64,000 bases of DNA from Acidobacteriota bacterium (GCA_040755995.1 JBFMAF010000051.1:13726-77725); one strand, 5' to 3'; positions 17,546 to 27,959 are shown, numbered from the stretch's first letter. Program-made: numbers and translations. The notes: generated by a model from the sequence alone, not told the origin.

Positions 17546-18916
17546 CTACGTCCCGCTGACCGCCATCTTCGCGATCCGGAAGGTGGGTGCGGCCATCGAG
17601 CCACGGAACACCAGGTCGTTGCCGACCGTGTCGATCGAGGCGAGCATGTCGCGCAGGTTGCCCGCGATCGTCATTTCGGATACGGGACGCGTCAGCTTGC
17701 CGTTCTCGATCCAGATGCCCTGTATGCCCTGTGAGAGCACGCCGTTGACGATATTGACGCCGAAGCCCATGAGGCTCACGACCATCAGGCCGTTCTTGAC
17801 GGACGCGACTATCTCCTCCGGCGTCACAGTGCCCGGCATCAAGAAGAAGTTGGTCGCGCCGGGGGACGGCCTGCCCGCGACCGATCGGCTCGCGCTGCCC
17901 GTGGTCTTCAGCTTGAGCTTGCGCGAGCTATACGTGTCGAGCAGGAAGCTCGCGAGCTTGCCCCCGTCGAACACGAGGTTCCGGCGCGCGCGAACTCCCT
18001 CGCCATCAAACGGGCGCGACCCGATGTGCCCCGGCATCAGCGGATCATCGCAGACCTTGAAGAGCTCCGATCCTATCTGCTGCCCCAGCGCCTCGGCCAA
18101 GAAAGACTGCTTGCGCCAGACGCCCGCGCCCGAGATCGCCTGGAACACACTCCCCATGAATTGCGACGCAACCGGCTGCTCGAACACGACAGGCACTTCC
18201 TTTGTAGCGACCTTGGTCGAGCCGATGAGCCGAGTAGTTCGTTCGGCGGCGCGCCTGCCGACGGCCTCCGGCGTTTCCAGCGCCTTGAGCGACGTACCGA
18301 CCGTGTACCACCCATCCGACTGCTTCTTGCCGCGTACGTTTTCTCCCTTGGAGGGCTGCGTATCGTCGAGCACGGCGGACGCGGAGATGGACGCGACGCT
18401 CTTCCGGTAGCCGCCCGCGAAGCCTTCGCTGTTGGCCAGGGCGAAGGTGATCAGGCTCGAAGCGAATTCGTTCCCCTCTGTGTTGTTCACGCGCTTGTCG
18501 GCGGCAAACACCGCTTCCTCGGTCTTGCGCGCCACCGCGATCTTCTCTTCGGCAGTCATCGCTTCGATCTCCGGGTCGTAAAGCCCCAGGTCGGCGGCCG
18601 CGCTTCCGAGCATCTCGGCTTCAGGCACCGACGACACCTCGTCAACACTGGCATACGCCAGCAGCTCGATCCCTCCGGCGACAAACGCCCCGATCCGTTC
18701 CGGCGCAAAATCCGACGTGTACGTGATGGCCGTCCTGCCGCCCCTGATGACCCTGAGCCCCATGGCCCTGCTCGTGCTCTCCACAAGCTTCTCCACTTTC
18801 CCCATGCGGTACACCGATGAGAAGTCCGTGCTCTCGATCACCACGGAGTCGGCGAAATCCGCCCCAAGCTTCCTGGCCCTGGCAACGATGTCGATTGCGA
18901 ACGATTCCAAAGGCAT
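17546..18916 (-). CDS. pmbA: TldE/PmbA metalloprotease partner subunit
   Basis: RPFDGEG, LLDTYSSRKL, GIWIENG and MTIAGN motifs; no HExxxH; downstream of tldD. Confidence 0.9.
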   Translation of the reverse strand: MPLESFAIDIVARARKLGADFADSVVIESTDFSSVYRMGKVEKLVESTSRAMGLRVIRGGRTAITYTSDFAPERIGAFVAGGIELLAYASVDEVSSVPEAEMLGSAAADLGLYDPEIEAMTAEEKIAVARKTEEAVFAADKRVNNTEGNEFASSLITFALANSEGFAGGYRKSVASISASAVLDDTQPSKGENVRGKKQSDGWYTVGTSLKALETPEAVGRRAAERTTRLIGSTKVATKEVPVVFEQPVASQFMGSVFQAISGAGVWRKQSFLAEALGQQIGSELFKVCDDPLMPGHIGSRPFDGEGVRARRNLVFDGGKLASFLLDTYSSRKLKLKTTGSASRSVAGRPSPGATNFFLMPGTVTPEEIVASVKNGLMVVSLMGFGVNIVNGVLSQGIQGIWIENGKLTRPVSEMTIAGNLRDMLASIDTVGNDLVFRGSMAAPTFRIAKMAVSGT

Positions 18917-18921
18917 GATGA

Positions 18922-20466
18922 TCAGCCCTTCACCTGCGTCCCGCCCACTGTGATCTGCGAGACCAGAACTGTTGGGATGCCGACGCTCACCGGCACGCTC
19001 TGCCCGCTCTTGCCGCACGTCCACAGCGAGTCACTCAGCTTCATGTCCGAGCCGACCATCGTGACCTTCGACAGCGAGTCGGGCCCGTTGCCGATCAGCG
19101 TTACCCCCTTGAGCGGGGTGGTGACCTTGCCGTTCTCGATCCGATACGCCTCGGTCACCGAGAAGACGTAATCGCCGTTGGAGATGTTTACCTGGCCGCC
19201 GCTGAACGCGACCGCGTAGATCCCGTCCTTGACGGACTTGATGATCTCCTCGGGATCGTGCGGCCCGGCCAGCATGTACGTGTTGGTCATGCGCGGCAGC
19301 GGGTAGTGCTCGTAAGACTGCCTGCGCCCGTTGCCGGAAGGGGCCGTCTTGAAGTGACGGGCGCTGATGCGGTCATGCATGTAGCTTCGCAAGATGCCTT
19401 TATCGATCAGCACGTTCATCTTCGGCAGATTCGCCTCGTCGTCCACGTCGATCGATCCGCGGCTGTGTTCGATCGTGCCGTCGTCAACGATCGTGCACTG
19501 GTCGGAGGCCACACGTTCGCCGATGCGGTCGGAGAAATTCGACGTCTTCTGGCGATTGAAATCGGCCTCCAGCCCGTGCCCGATCGCCTCATGCAACAGT
19601 ATCCCCGAGTAGGCCGGCCCCAAGACCACCGGCATCTCACCTGCAGGAGCCTCGACAGCTCCCAGCTGCACGATCGCCTGCCGGGCCGCCGTGCGCGCTA
19701 TGTACTCCGGCGCGTCAGGTCGCTCGAAGAACTCCAGCCCCACGCGGCCTCCACCTGAGAAGTATCCGGTCTCGCGACGGTCCTTCTCCTGCGCGATCGT
19801 CGAGATTCGAAGCGCCGCCATCGGCTGCGCATCGCTCGTAATCAGCCCGTCGGATGTGGCGATCTGAATGAACCGCACCTCGTCCGAGAAGCCGATCTGG
19901 ACCTTGATGATTCGCGAGTCGTGCGCACGGGCCGCCTTGTCCGCACGCTCTACTATTCGCACCTTCTCAGCAATCGGCGCCGTCAGCGAGGAGCGATGCG
20001 CCGCATAGAGATCTCTCGCCTCGACAGGGTTCACGTCGACAGCCTTGACCTTCGCCTCTTCCCGCGCTATCGCGGCCGCCGTCTCGGCCGCCTTCCGAAG
20101 TCTCTCGTACGCGAGATCGTCCGAGTACGCGTAACCCGTCTGGTCTCCCGAGACAACGCGGATTCCGACCCCCACCGTCGTTCCACGCGTGGCGTCCCGA
20201 ACGATGCCGTCCTCGAAGCTCAGGCCGTAAGCCACCCGATACTCGAAGAAGAGGTCGGCGAATTCGCCGCCTTTCGAGAGCGCCACGTCCATGAGCTTCC
20301 TCATCGTCGCACGGTCGATCCCGAACCGGTCCTCGAACGAGAGCCGGCTGCTCTGCGCGAGACCGGCGGCGCGGATCTCTCTAGGCATGATCAGGTCCTC
20401 CGCGGCGAGCGCGGCGAGGGCCGTACTGCTGAGCAGCAAGAAACCACGTCGGCCGATTGCGGGCAT
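18922..20466 (-). CDS. tldD: TldD metalloprotease with N-terminal twin-arginine signal
   Basis: HEAIGHGLEADF, PRMTNT and CGKSGQSVPV; N-terminus MPAIGRRGFLLLSSTALAALAA. Confidence 0.93.
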   Translation of the reverse strand: MPAIGRRGFLLLSSTALAALAAEDLIMPREIRAAGLAQSSRLSFEDRFGIDRATMRKLMDVALSKGGEFADLFFEYRVAYGLSFEDGIVRDATRGTTVGVGIRVVSGDQTGYAYSDDLAYERLRKAAETAAAIAREEAKVKAVDVNPVEARDLYAAHRSSLTAPIAEKVRIVERADKAARAHDSRIIKVQIGFSDEVRFIQIATSDGLITSDAQPMAALRISTIAQEKDRRETGYFSGGGRVGLEFFERPDAPEYIARTAARQAIVQLGAVEAPAGEMPVVLGPAYSGILLHEAIGHGLEADFNRQKTSNFSDRIGERVASDQCTIVDDGTIEHSRGSIDVDDEANLPKMNVLIDKGILRSYMHDRISARHFKTAPSGNGRRQSYEHYPLPRMTNTYMLAGPHDPEEIIKSVKDGIYAVAFSGGQVNISNGDYVFSVTEAYRIENGKVTTPLKGVTLIGNGPDSLSKVTMVGSDMKLSDSLWTCGKSGQSVPVSVGIPTVLVSQITVGGTQVKG

Positions 20467-20502
20467 ATGCGGCCCCTCTCAGAGTGAAGCGAGCCAGATT
20501 CA

Positions 20503-20531
20503 TTCGGGTTCGGGTACGGGAACGGGTACGG
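20503..20531. repeat. Hexamer tandem repeat (ACGGGT/ACGGGA)
   Basis: The 20-mer gggtacgggaacgggtacgg at 20512-20531 recurs at 22807-22826. Confidence 0.75.
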
Positions 20532-20562
20532 AGGTCGCCGGTTCCGCAAGCACCAGCCACAG

Positions 20563-22656
20563 TCAACGCCCAGGATAGATCTCCTCCTCCCAGCCCAGCC
20601 TCGCGTCGTTTGAATAGCAGAGGCGGCCGAGCATGAAAGAGGTCACGAAATAGATGTAGACCTGGATGGAGCTGTACAGGAGTGATCCGGCGATCGGTAT
20701 GCGGCTGAAGAGCGCTTGTGACATCCACCCGACGAATGTGAAGATACCGAAGAAGATCAGGAACGCCACATACTGGCCCGCAATCCGCCCGATCAGCCGG
20801 AAAATGAAAAGCGGGTTGAGGATCGGCCGGAGAACGTGCCAGACGGCGGTAACCGCCAGGCTCATGGGGTAGTACACGAAGGCGAACAGGCTGCCGATGG
20901 TAACGCCGATGAAGAAGATCACCCCCTTCGCCATGACCCCGCCCATTCTGCTCTCCAGCTCTTCCTGCGCCTCGCGGTCGGCGGCCTCGCGCTCGCGCGC
21001 CAGGCGCTCCTCCATCTGCTGGCGCGCATCGACCGACATGTCCTCTTTTGTGCCGCCGCCCCTCTGCACCGCCATCTGCTCGACCCAGGCCGTGTCGGGC
21101 GGTTCGAGGCCGCCGCCCTCGGGAGGAGCCGCTGCGTAAGGAACGCTGACCTCCGGCGGCGCGGCCGCGTATGGGACTCCGCCCTCGGGCATCACCGGAT
21201 GATACTGCGACGGCTCCGCCGGCCTCTCGGATTCCATCTGGCTCGGAATCGGGAGCGGCGTGACCTCAGTCGGAGAAGGCATACCCATTCCCAACATGCC
21301 CGAGATCATCGGCCAGAAGAAGATCGTCAGGAAGATGAGTAGCGGAGCGAACGAGATCAGCGTGACGGTGGATGCGCGAACGCCTATGCCTGCCAGCTCC
21401 AGTACGTCGCTAGTGTCGGGCCAGTCTGGCACTGTCTCGCGTCCGCGGGCGGCGTATTTCAGAATCCAGAGGAGGTAGGCGAGGACGATCGCCTTGCAGA
21501 GGAAGCTCGCGAACGGCACCGGGATCGGCCAGGTCGAGACCCAGAGCATGCCGGCGTTTAGAACCATCATCAGCGGCCCCCACCCCTTCCACGGACTCGC
21601 GAAGAGCTGCGGCAGCATCAGGTAGAATGGAGTTATCGCGTATGTCTTGTCGACCTGCTTGCACAGGTCATGACAGGTCTTGCAGGAATAGAAGCTAGCT
21701 GAGCCGGCCCTCTTCTGGTCGACACAGTGTATGCAGAAGTACTTCCCGCACTTCGAGCAGCGGAGCTCCGCCTCCCACTGCGGATGATTCGCACAGGGAT
21801 GCTGCACGCTGACCGGCGCCGAAGCCTTCTGCGGCTTGTCCGCCTTCTTCCTGTCCATCATCTCCTTGAGCTCGAACAGCCGGCGGATCTCGGGCACCTC
21901 GCCCGCCGCCGCCCAGCTCTCTTCGCCTGCCTTCGTCACGGGGTCGTGCTGCAACAGCGCGCCGTCGCGAACCATCGTCTTGAGCTCAGCCATGCTGAAG
22001 GTCTGCCCGAGATGCTCAGGCATGTCGATCTGCCAGCGTGTCTCGCCGGGCTCGCCGGCCGATGCCGGCGTGGCGCGGGCTGGCACCTGCGACGCCTCGG
22101 CCAGGCGTGCTGCCTCTTCCTCCGGCCGCGGAGCGAGCGAAAGAGTCTGCACATCTTCTATCCGCGCGGGAACGAGCCCCTGGGCGCCGTCAACCATGGG
22201 CTCCAACGCATCGAAGCGCCGTTGTGCTGGCGCCGAGAGGGGTAGAGGAGCGGGGCGCGCCGCAGGGCGCGCGGTGGGCTCGGCCGGCTTCTCGGTGGCG
22301 GGCTTCGATGCCGCCGTCGCCGGCGTGGTCGCAGCAGCGGCCGGCGCGGGAGCTGCGAGGGTTGCGACAGGAGCGCGCGGCGGCTGCTCTGGCGCCATCG
22401 CCGTGGGCGCGGGGCCGGGGGCGGATGCGCCGGCTGCCGGAGCCGCCGGAGTCGCCTGTGGCGAGGCTTGCGGCGCGGCCGCACCAGGCAACGCCGAAGC
22501 GACTGCGGTTCCCCCATCGAGTCTCAGCAGGAACATGACGGTGCACTTCGGACACCTGACCCTGCTCCCCTGCGGAGAGATTTTCGCAGCCGAAGCGCGG
22601 AATTGCGAGGCGCACGAAGGACAGGTGACCAACACCTTCGCATCGGCGGATTCCAT
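20563..22656 (-). CDS. Zinc-ribbon (MJ0042-type) + Pro/Ala linker + GYF_2-like + B-box-like + DUF4013-like membrane protein
   Basis: CPSC...VRCPKC; CANHP...CSKCGKYFCIHC; PDWPD before a TM block. Confidence 0.7.
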   Translation of the reverse strand: MESADAKVLVTCPSCASQFRASAAKISPQGSRVRCPKCTVMFLLRLDGGTAVASALPGAAAPQASPQATPAAPAAGASAPGPAPTAMAPEQPPRAPVATLAAPAPAAAATTPATAASKPATEKPAEPTARPAARPAPLPLSAPAQRRFDALEPMVDGAQGLVPARIEDVQTLSLAPRPEEEAARLAEASQVPARATPASAGEPGETRWQIDMPEHLGQTFSMAELKTMVRDGALLQHDPVTKAGEESWAAAGEVPEIRRLFELKEMMDRKKADKPQKASAPVSVQHPCANHPQWEAELRCSKCGKYFCIHCVDQKRAGSASFYSCKTCHDLCKQVDKTYAITPFYLMLPQLFASPWKGWGPLMMVLNAGMLWVSTWPIPVPFASFLCKAIVLAYLLWILKYAARGRETVPDWPDTSDVLELAGIGVRASTVTLISFAPLLIFLTIFFWPMISGMLGMGMPSPTEVTPLPIPSQMESERPAEPSQYHPVMPEGGVPYAAAPPEVSVPYAAAPPEGGGLEPPDTAWVEQMAVQRGGGTKEDMSVDARQQMEERLAREREAADREAQEELESRMGGVMAKGVIFFIGVTIGSLFAFVYYPMSLAVTAVWHVLRPILNPLFIFRLIGRIAGQYVAFLIFFGIFTFVGWMSQALFSRIPIAGSLLYSSIQVYIYFVTSFMLGRLCYSNDARLGWEEEIYPGR

Positions 22657-22757
22657 AGCAGACCTCCTGGATTTCCCACAACGATTATTCAGCTTTCGGT
22701 CGATCCGATCAAGTGGATCATACCACCGATAGCGAGGGGTGGCCCCCGACCAGAGTC

Positions 22758-22832
22758 ACCGTACCCGGGCCAAAGGCTGGCACTCGTACCCGTACCCGGT
22801 CAACGGGGGTACGGGAACGGGTACGGGCACGG
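22758..22832. repeat. Inverted hexamer-repeat hairpin (CGTACC / GGTACG)
   Basis: cgtacccgtaccc opposite gggtacgggaacgggtacgg. Confidence 0.7.
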
Positions 22833-22853
22833 ATCAAGGGCAATGATGCGCAG

Positions 22854-25247
22854 CTACGGCGTGATCCGCTGGACGGCGAAGTTGCCGCGCGAGTCAATAG
22901 CCTTGATTACCATTAGCTGGCCCGTCTGGGGCTTCTGCACCTCGACTCGTTCCTCCAGCCCGTCGCAGATTCCGTCTTTCGGAAGGACGGGCTGCCACTT
23001 GCCGCCGTTGATCGACACAGCGATTCTTTCGATGGGGCTCATTGCGTCGGAGATGGTGAAGGCGAGTACGCCGCCGGAGGGGACTGGGGCAGAGATGCGT
23101 GGAGGCGTGTTGTCTACGAGAAACACGGTGGATTCCATGGCGGACGCGAGCGCGGTTCCGCCAGGGTTCTCCGGGTCGTCGCGCGCCTGGATTCTCACAC
23201 GGTAGTAGTCGTCAGGGAGCGACGTCGAGTCGATGACGTAGGTGGTCTGATCGTAGCCGCTCTTGATCGTGCGCCACGTTTTCTCGCCCAGCTGCTTGAT
23301 GGAGATCTCGTACACGAGCTCGTCGCCATTGGGATCGTCGGCGGTCCATTGGATGCTCTGCAGACCGGGCACGAACATCTTCTTCCCTGTGACGCCGCCG
23401 GCCTGGACGGGGGGCGGCTGTTGGGTTGCGTCGCTCCTTCTCGACCTGCTCAGATCGATGTCATCGCCGCCCTGCAGCTCGCCCTCGCCCGTGCTGAAGC
23501 TCTTCTGATAAACCTCGCCCGGACCGTACAGCGTTATGGATGCGATATGAGGCGGTGCATTCTGTGGACGGTAGTTGATGGCAACGTAATCCAACTCGGC
23601 GCTCCCGCCCTGCGCACCTGGCGTGAACGTAGCCTTCCACTGCAGGTAGCGTGCGGTTGGCGACGGCACCTGCTCACCAGCTGCGTTCTTGAGGGGCAGC
23701 GACCACTCGGACCAGCTCACGTCCGGCGGCACTGTATTGCCCGAGCGGGTTGAGATCGATAGGTTCCCGCCGCGCAGCAGCCACCGGGCCTGCCCCCACG
23801 ACGCCGTCCTGCCAGCATCGAGAACGTCGGATGTATATGTGCCCTCGCGAGCCGGGGCTTCGCTCAACCGGTAGACACCGGGGCGGTTGTTGACCGCGCA
23901 AAGGATGCGGTCCTTGCCGAACCTGGCAAGCGCGGCACACTGCTCGCCGTCGAACTCGGAGATGAGCCCGGAGGTTCCGTCATCCGCAACCCAGAAAAGC
24001 CGGCCCTTGTTCCCCGTGCCGACTACCACTCGACCGTTCCATCCCTCCGCAAGGCTGTATAGCGTCTCCTCTTCGCTGCGCCAGAGCTCCTTCGTCGTGC
24101 CGTCCGATGCTATGCGCACGACAAGGCTTCTTGGTTTCTTCTCAGTGACCTGGACCTTGCCCAGGGCCGGCGCCGGCGTCGCCACCGCGGGCTCCACGTC
24201 GATCACGGTCGCGGTGACAACCGGCGTTACACCGGCGTCGCGCGGAGCCGGCGATGCCGGCATGCGGGCGGGCAGCGCCGGCTCGGTCTCGCGCCTGGCC
24301 TCGGTCGCGCCTGCCACAATCGATCCGTCCCCCCTGGGCAGTATCCCGCGTACCTCGCGCAGATCGGAGCTCCATATCGCCAGCGCCTTTCCCGCTGGAC
24401 TGATCCTGTAGACCGCGCCACGGGTGTCTCCGCCTGCCAGCAGGTCGCCCGAAGCGTCGAACGCCAGGCACACGATGTTGGTCTCGCCGCTCGAGAAGAA
24501 CACGCTCGACTCCTTCGAGCGATTGATTTTCCTCACGATCCCCTGATCGCCGGTGGCGGCATAGAGGTTGCCGGCGCCGTCGAAGACCATTGCCCAGACG
24601 TACTTGTCATCCGTCTTCGCGTAGGCCTCACCCTTGCCGGTTGCGTCAAGCCGGTAGATCTTGCCGTTCGGCGACGTGGCGGCGAAAAGCGTGCCGCTGG
24701 AGTCGAAGGCGAGGGCGGTGACATGGGTCTCCTCGCTGTCGAAGAAAGTGGACGAGGAGCCGTCGGCCTTGATTCGGACGACCCGTCCTTCGAATCCGGT
24801 CCCAACATAGGTGTTGCCGGCCTGATCGGATGCTATGCACCAGACGATGCCTTCCGGCATCTTCCCAACCTCGACCACGGCGTTCGAGAGCCGCACGGTG
24901 CCGGCGAGATCAAGGGACACGCCGCTGGCACGCCCCTTGAGGAAGTCCTGGTACGTGTCCATCTCGAACACACTCGATGCGCTCGAGTGCAGAGAGGGGG
25001 CGGCGGTCGCCGCTATCAGAAGCCCGAATACCAACGCTCTCGACTTCGCAGGTATCCTCGCGAGGCGTGGACTCGGACCGGTCAAGCGTGCGAGGACGCG
25101 TCGCCTGCGTCTCGCGTCGAGACTCGGCAGTCGAGGGTCGAGAGAAAAGGCCGTGACACCGAGAGGTGCGATTACTGGCCGATCCAGGACTTGACCCAAG
25201 CGCACGAACTTCTTCGCCTCAAGCATTCTAGCTATTCCTTTCATCAC
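22854..25247 (-). CDS. Secreted beta-propeller protein with C-terminal Ig/FN3-like domains (true start probably nearer 25085)
   Basis: Repeated blades ending in G-x-L-Y-A-A-T-G; WSEWS and ARYLQWKA motifs; WTADDPNGDEL. Confidence 0.75.
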   Translation of the reverse strand: MMKGIARMLEAKKFVRLGQVLDRPVIAPLGVTAFSLDPRLPSLDARRRRRVLARLTGPSPRLARIPAKSRALVFGLLIAATAAPSLHSSASSVFEMDTYQDFLKGRASGVSLDLAGTVRLSNAVVEVGKMPEGIVWCIASDQAGNTYVGTGFEGRVVRIKADGSSSTFFDSEETHVTALAFDSSGTLFAATSPNGKIYRLDATGKGEAYAKTDDKYVWAMVFDGAGNLYAATGDQGIVRKINRSKESSVFFSSGETNIVCLAFDASGDLLAGGDTRGAVYRISPAGKALAIWSSDLREVRGILPRGDGSIVAGATEARRETEPALPARMPASPAPRDAGVTPVVTATVIDVEPAVATPAPALGKVQVTEKKPRSLVVRIASDGTTKELWRSEEETLYSLAEGWNGRVVVGTGNKGRLFWVADDGTSGLISEFDGEQCAALARFGKDRILCAVNNRPGVYRLSEAPAREGTYTSDVLDAGRTASWGQARWLLRGGNLSISTRSGNTVPPDVSWSEWSLPLKNAAGEQVPSPTARYLQWKATFTPGAQGGSAELDYVAINYRPQNAPPHIASITLYGPGEVYQKSFSTGEGELQGGDDIDLSRSRRSDATQQPPPVQAGGVTGKKMFVPGLQSIQWTADDPNGDELVYEISIKQLGEKTWRTIKSGYDQTTYVIDSTSLPDDYYRVRIQARDDPENPGGTALASAMESTVFLVDNTPPRISAPVPSGGVLAFTISDAMSPIERIAVSINGGKWQPVLPKDGICDGLEERVEVQKPQTGQLMVIKAIDSRGNFAVQRITP

Positions 25248-25310
25248 ACGATGTCATAGTCTCTTTTTCAGCTCGCGGATCGTGGAGCGACCGGCCGCGG
25301 GGCGGAGGGC

Positions 25311-27098
25311 TCAGAAGCTCAGGATCTTGATCGGCATGATCCTGAAGCCGCTCACCGCATAGTCGGTTGCCAGCTCGGCGTCCAGTAGCGGGGAGAAATA
25401 GATCCGGCGAATGTCCTGCGTGTTGTAACGCGACCCGACCATGGCGGTGAGGGCCGGGGGCATGTCGCTCAGGTCTTCGCCGCGCAGCACGATTCCAGGC
25501 TTCCGATCGGAGAACCTGAAGTAGATCCGGTTGTTCTTCCGCAGGCTGTTCAGGGCGCGCATGAGCTGTGGGTAGGTCTGCGGGTAATATGCCTCTTGCA
25601 GCTCAGCCGCCTCCATCGCATCCAACGTGGCGCCCTGGCCCACGTACACGAGGAGGTCTCCCGGCTTGAGGCTGCGCGGCAGCTCGATCGACGCCTCCTC
25701 GACCAGCGGCTCCTCCAGCTGGCCGCGCAGATGGACCTTCATCTTGATGGTGTCCCCGGGCCGGTACGCGCTGCGATCGATCTCGATTCGCTCCAATCGT
25801 GCCGTCTTCGCTGTCTCTTCCGAGTCGATCACCACATCGATGCTTCCCACGGCCACGTCGCGGTATGGATTGTTCATGATGTAGTAGATGGGGGTGGCGA
25901 GGAGCGATGCGAGCCCGGCCGCGGTCCCTGATTCACCGGCAAACAGATCCCCCACGATCACCGTGCCCTCGGGTTCCAGGTTCACCTTGGCGGACATCCT
26001 GAGTGTGCTCTGACCGAGCTCCCTTTCGCGCGAGTTCACGGCAGACAGGATCGTGACATATGCGAGGATAGGGGAGAGGAACTTGTCGTTGACGATTTCG
26101 AATCGCCACTGCTGGCTGGACTTCGAGCTCGTAGTCAAATTGACGTTGACCGGGATCATTCGCGGGCGCTTGCCCAGCGTTCCCGCCACCGCGGTGGACC
26201 GGTCCTGGTCCATCGTCCCAACCACCTCGCCGGTGCTCGCGATCTTGAACGACGCGTAGAGATTCGGCATCGAATGGATGACTTCCGCGCGGGCCATCGG
26301 AAACTGCACGGGACCCATGTTGAAGAACGGATGGCCGAACGCGTAAACGCGCTCATTCGAAATCATGGTCACCGTGCCGACAGCCGAGAGATCGAGGTCG
26401 CCGCGGACGAGCTGCACGGACAGTGCCGAGCCGGGGCGCAATGGCTCTATGCTGTCCCGTATGGCCCGTTCGAACTTGCCCTGCGTCTGCGTAGCGCCGA
26501 CAACCGGCACGACACTGAATCCGGAGAGCCGCGAAGAAAGGGCCTCGATCGCCTCCGGCGAGAAGCCCGCGAAGCTCAGGGGCGTCTTGATGAAAAGGGA
26601 CGCTCCGCTTGCTGCACCCGCCCGCTGGATGAGGGGCGAAGCGAGCTCATCCAGCGTCATCTGCTTCTTGAACTGCACGGGGGGCGCGTCCGCACCGGTT
26701 GCGCCAGGCTTGCTCTGAGGGGCCGAGGTCGCAGAGATCATCTCCTCTATCGGCGTGACTCCGGCGATAGCCTCCTCCGCGAACGGGAACGCCGAGCTCA
26801 CGGCGCCGACGACCCTGTTGCCGATATAGACCGGGCTGCCGCTCATCCCCATGATTACCCCGGTCTTCTCCAGAGGCCCGCCGCTCAGCCTGGCGATGAT
26901 CATATTCTGCTTCGGTCCGGTGTTTTCCATCACCCCGAGTATCTCGACCTGGAACTCGGCGATCTCGGAGCCCGCGAACACGGTCTTCCCGATTCCGACC
27001 ATTCCCTTCTTGATCTCACTGAGAGGCATGATCTCCTGAGCTATCCCAGCAGGAGAGAGCGCCGCCACCAACACACAACTCGCCAACATCTTCTTCAT
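25311..27098 (-). CDS. SpoIVB-like serine peptidase (family S55), secreted
   Basis: Signal peptide; GKTVFAG, GVIMGMSGSPVY and AFGHPF motifs. Confidence 0.88.
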   Translation of the reverse strand: MKKMLASCVLVAALSPAGIAQEIMPLSEIKKGMVGIGKTVFAGSEIAEFQVEILGVMENTGPKQNMIIARLSGGPLEKTGVIMGMSGSPVYIGNRVVGAVSSAFPFAEEAIAGVTPIEEMISATSAPQSKPGATGADAPPVQFKKQMTLDELASPLIQRAGAASGASLFIKTPLSFAGFSPEAIEALSSRLSGFSVVPVVGATQTQGKFERAIRDSIEPLRPGSALSVQLVRGDLDLSAVGTVTMISNERVYAFGHPFFNMGPVQFPMARAEVIHSMPNLYASFKIASTGEVVGTMDQDRSTAVAGTLGKRPRMIPVNVNLTTSSKSSQQWRFEIVNDKFLSPILAYVTILSAVNSRERELGQSTLRMSAKVNLEPEGTVIVGDLFAGESGTAAGLASLLATPIYYIMNNPYRDVAVGSIDVVIDSEETAKTARLERIEIDRSAYRPGDTIKMKVHLRGQLEEPLVEEASIELPRSLKPGDLLVYVGQGATLDAMEAAELQEAYYPQTYPQLMRALNSLRKNNRIYFRFSDRKPGIVLRGEDLSDMPPALTAMVGSRYNTQDIRRIYFSPLLDAELATDYAVSGFRIMPIKILSF

Positions 27099-27244
27099 GC
27101 GTGACACCTTTCGCGTATCCTTCTGCACACTTCCTATCCTAATTAATCCTCCATCCGCGATCCACAGTCAAGCCGAGAGGCCGCGCTCACGCACAGCATC
27201 TGCGTGAAGAAGCACAAACCTGCATACACAGTCGGCTGGGCGCC

Positions 27245-27349
27245 ACTCTCTACTCTCCACTCTCCACTCTCCACTTTCTACTCTTCTCTACGCGAGGCGG
27301 GGCCAAAGCAGCCTTGCATGATTCATCGGTCTGAGGCCCCGCCTCGCTA
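27245..27349 (-). repeat. 59-bp hairpin element on the gmhA stop codon followed by GAGAGTG heptamers
   Basis: 27291-27349 is the exact reverse complement of 37957-38015; 13-bp arms gcgaggcggggcc/ggccccgcctcgc. Confidence 0.9.
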
Positions 27350-27928
27350 GAACCTGGCCTCGACCATTTCCGCGATGAGGTGCCCGATCAGCAGATGCAT
27401 CTCCTGAATGCGCGGTGTCGTTTCCGCATCCACGCGCAAGAGCAGGTCGGAGCAGCCGGCGAGCCGCCCGCCGCTCCTGCCGGTCAACCCGATCGTAAAG
27501 ACTCCCATCAACCGCGACACCTCGAAAGCCGAGATGACGTTGCGGGACTCACCGCTTGTCGAGAGGCCGATTGCCACGTCCCCGGGCTTGCCGATCGCTT
27601 CCACCTGGCGCGCGAACACGGCATCGAACGTAGCATCGTTGGCTATCGATGTGAGGATGGACTGGTCCGTGGTGAGCGCTATGGCGGGCAGGGCTCTGCG
27701 GTCGCGCAGGAACCGGTTCACGAACTCGGCCGCGATGTGCTGGGCTTGCGAAGCAGAGCCGCCGTTGCCGAACAGCATCACCTTTCCCCCGGCGCGAACC
27801 GCGGCCTCGATCTTGCCTGCCGCCGCTTCCAGAAGCGGTTCGATCGTGCTCAGTCCTTGGATGAGACGAGACAGCTCGCTAAGAGCGCCGTCGATTCTCT
27901 GCCTGTCGGTCAGCCGCATGTTCGTCAT
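27347..27928 (-). CDS. gmhA: Phosphoheptose isomerase (SIS domain)
   Basis: GNGGSASQAQHIAAE, IANDATFDAVFARQV, STSGES and TPRIQEMH motifs. Confidence 0.93.
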   Translation of the reverse strand: MTNMRLTDRQRIDGALSELSRLIQGLSTIEPLLEAAAGKIEAAVRAGGKVMLFGNGGSASQAQHIAAEFVNRFLRDRRALPAIALTTDQSILTSIANDATFDAVFARQVEAIGKPGDVAIGLSTSGESRNVISAFEVSRLMGVFTIGLTGRSGGRLAGCSDLLLRVDAETTPRIQEMHLLIGHLIAEMVEARF

Positions 27929-27959
27929 GCTACCGCAGGAGCCTCGGGCTCGTCTATCC

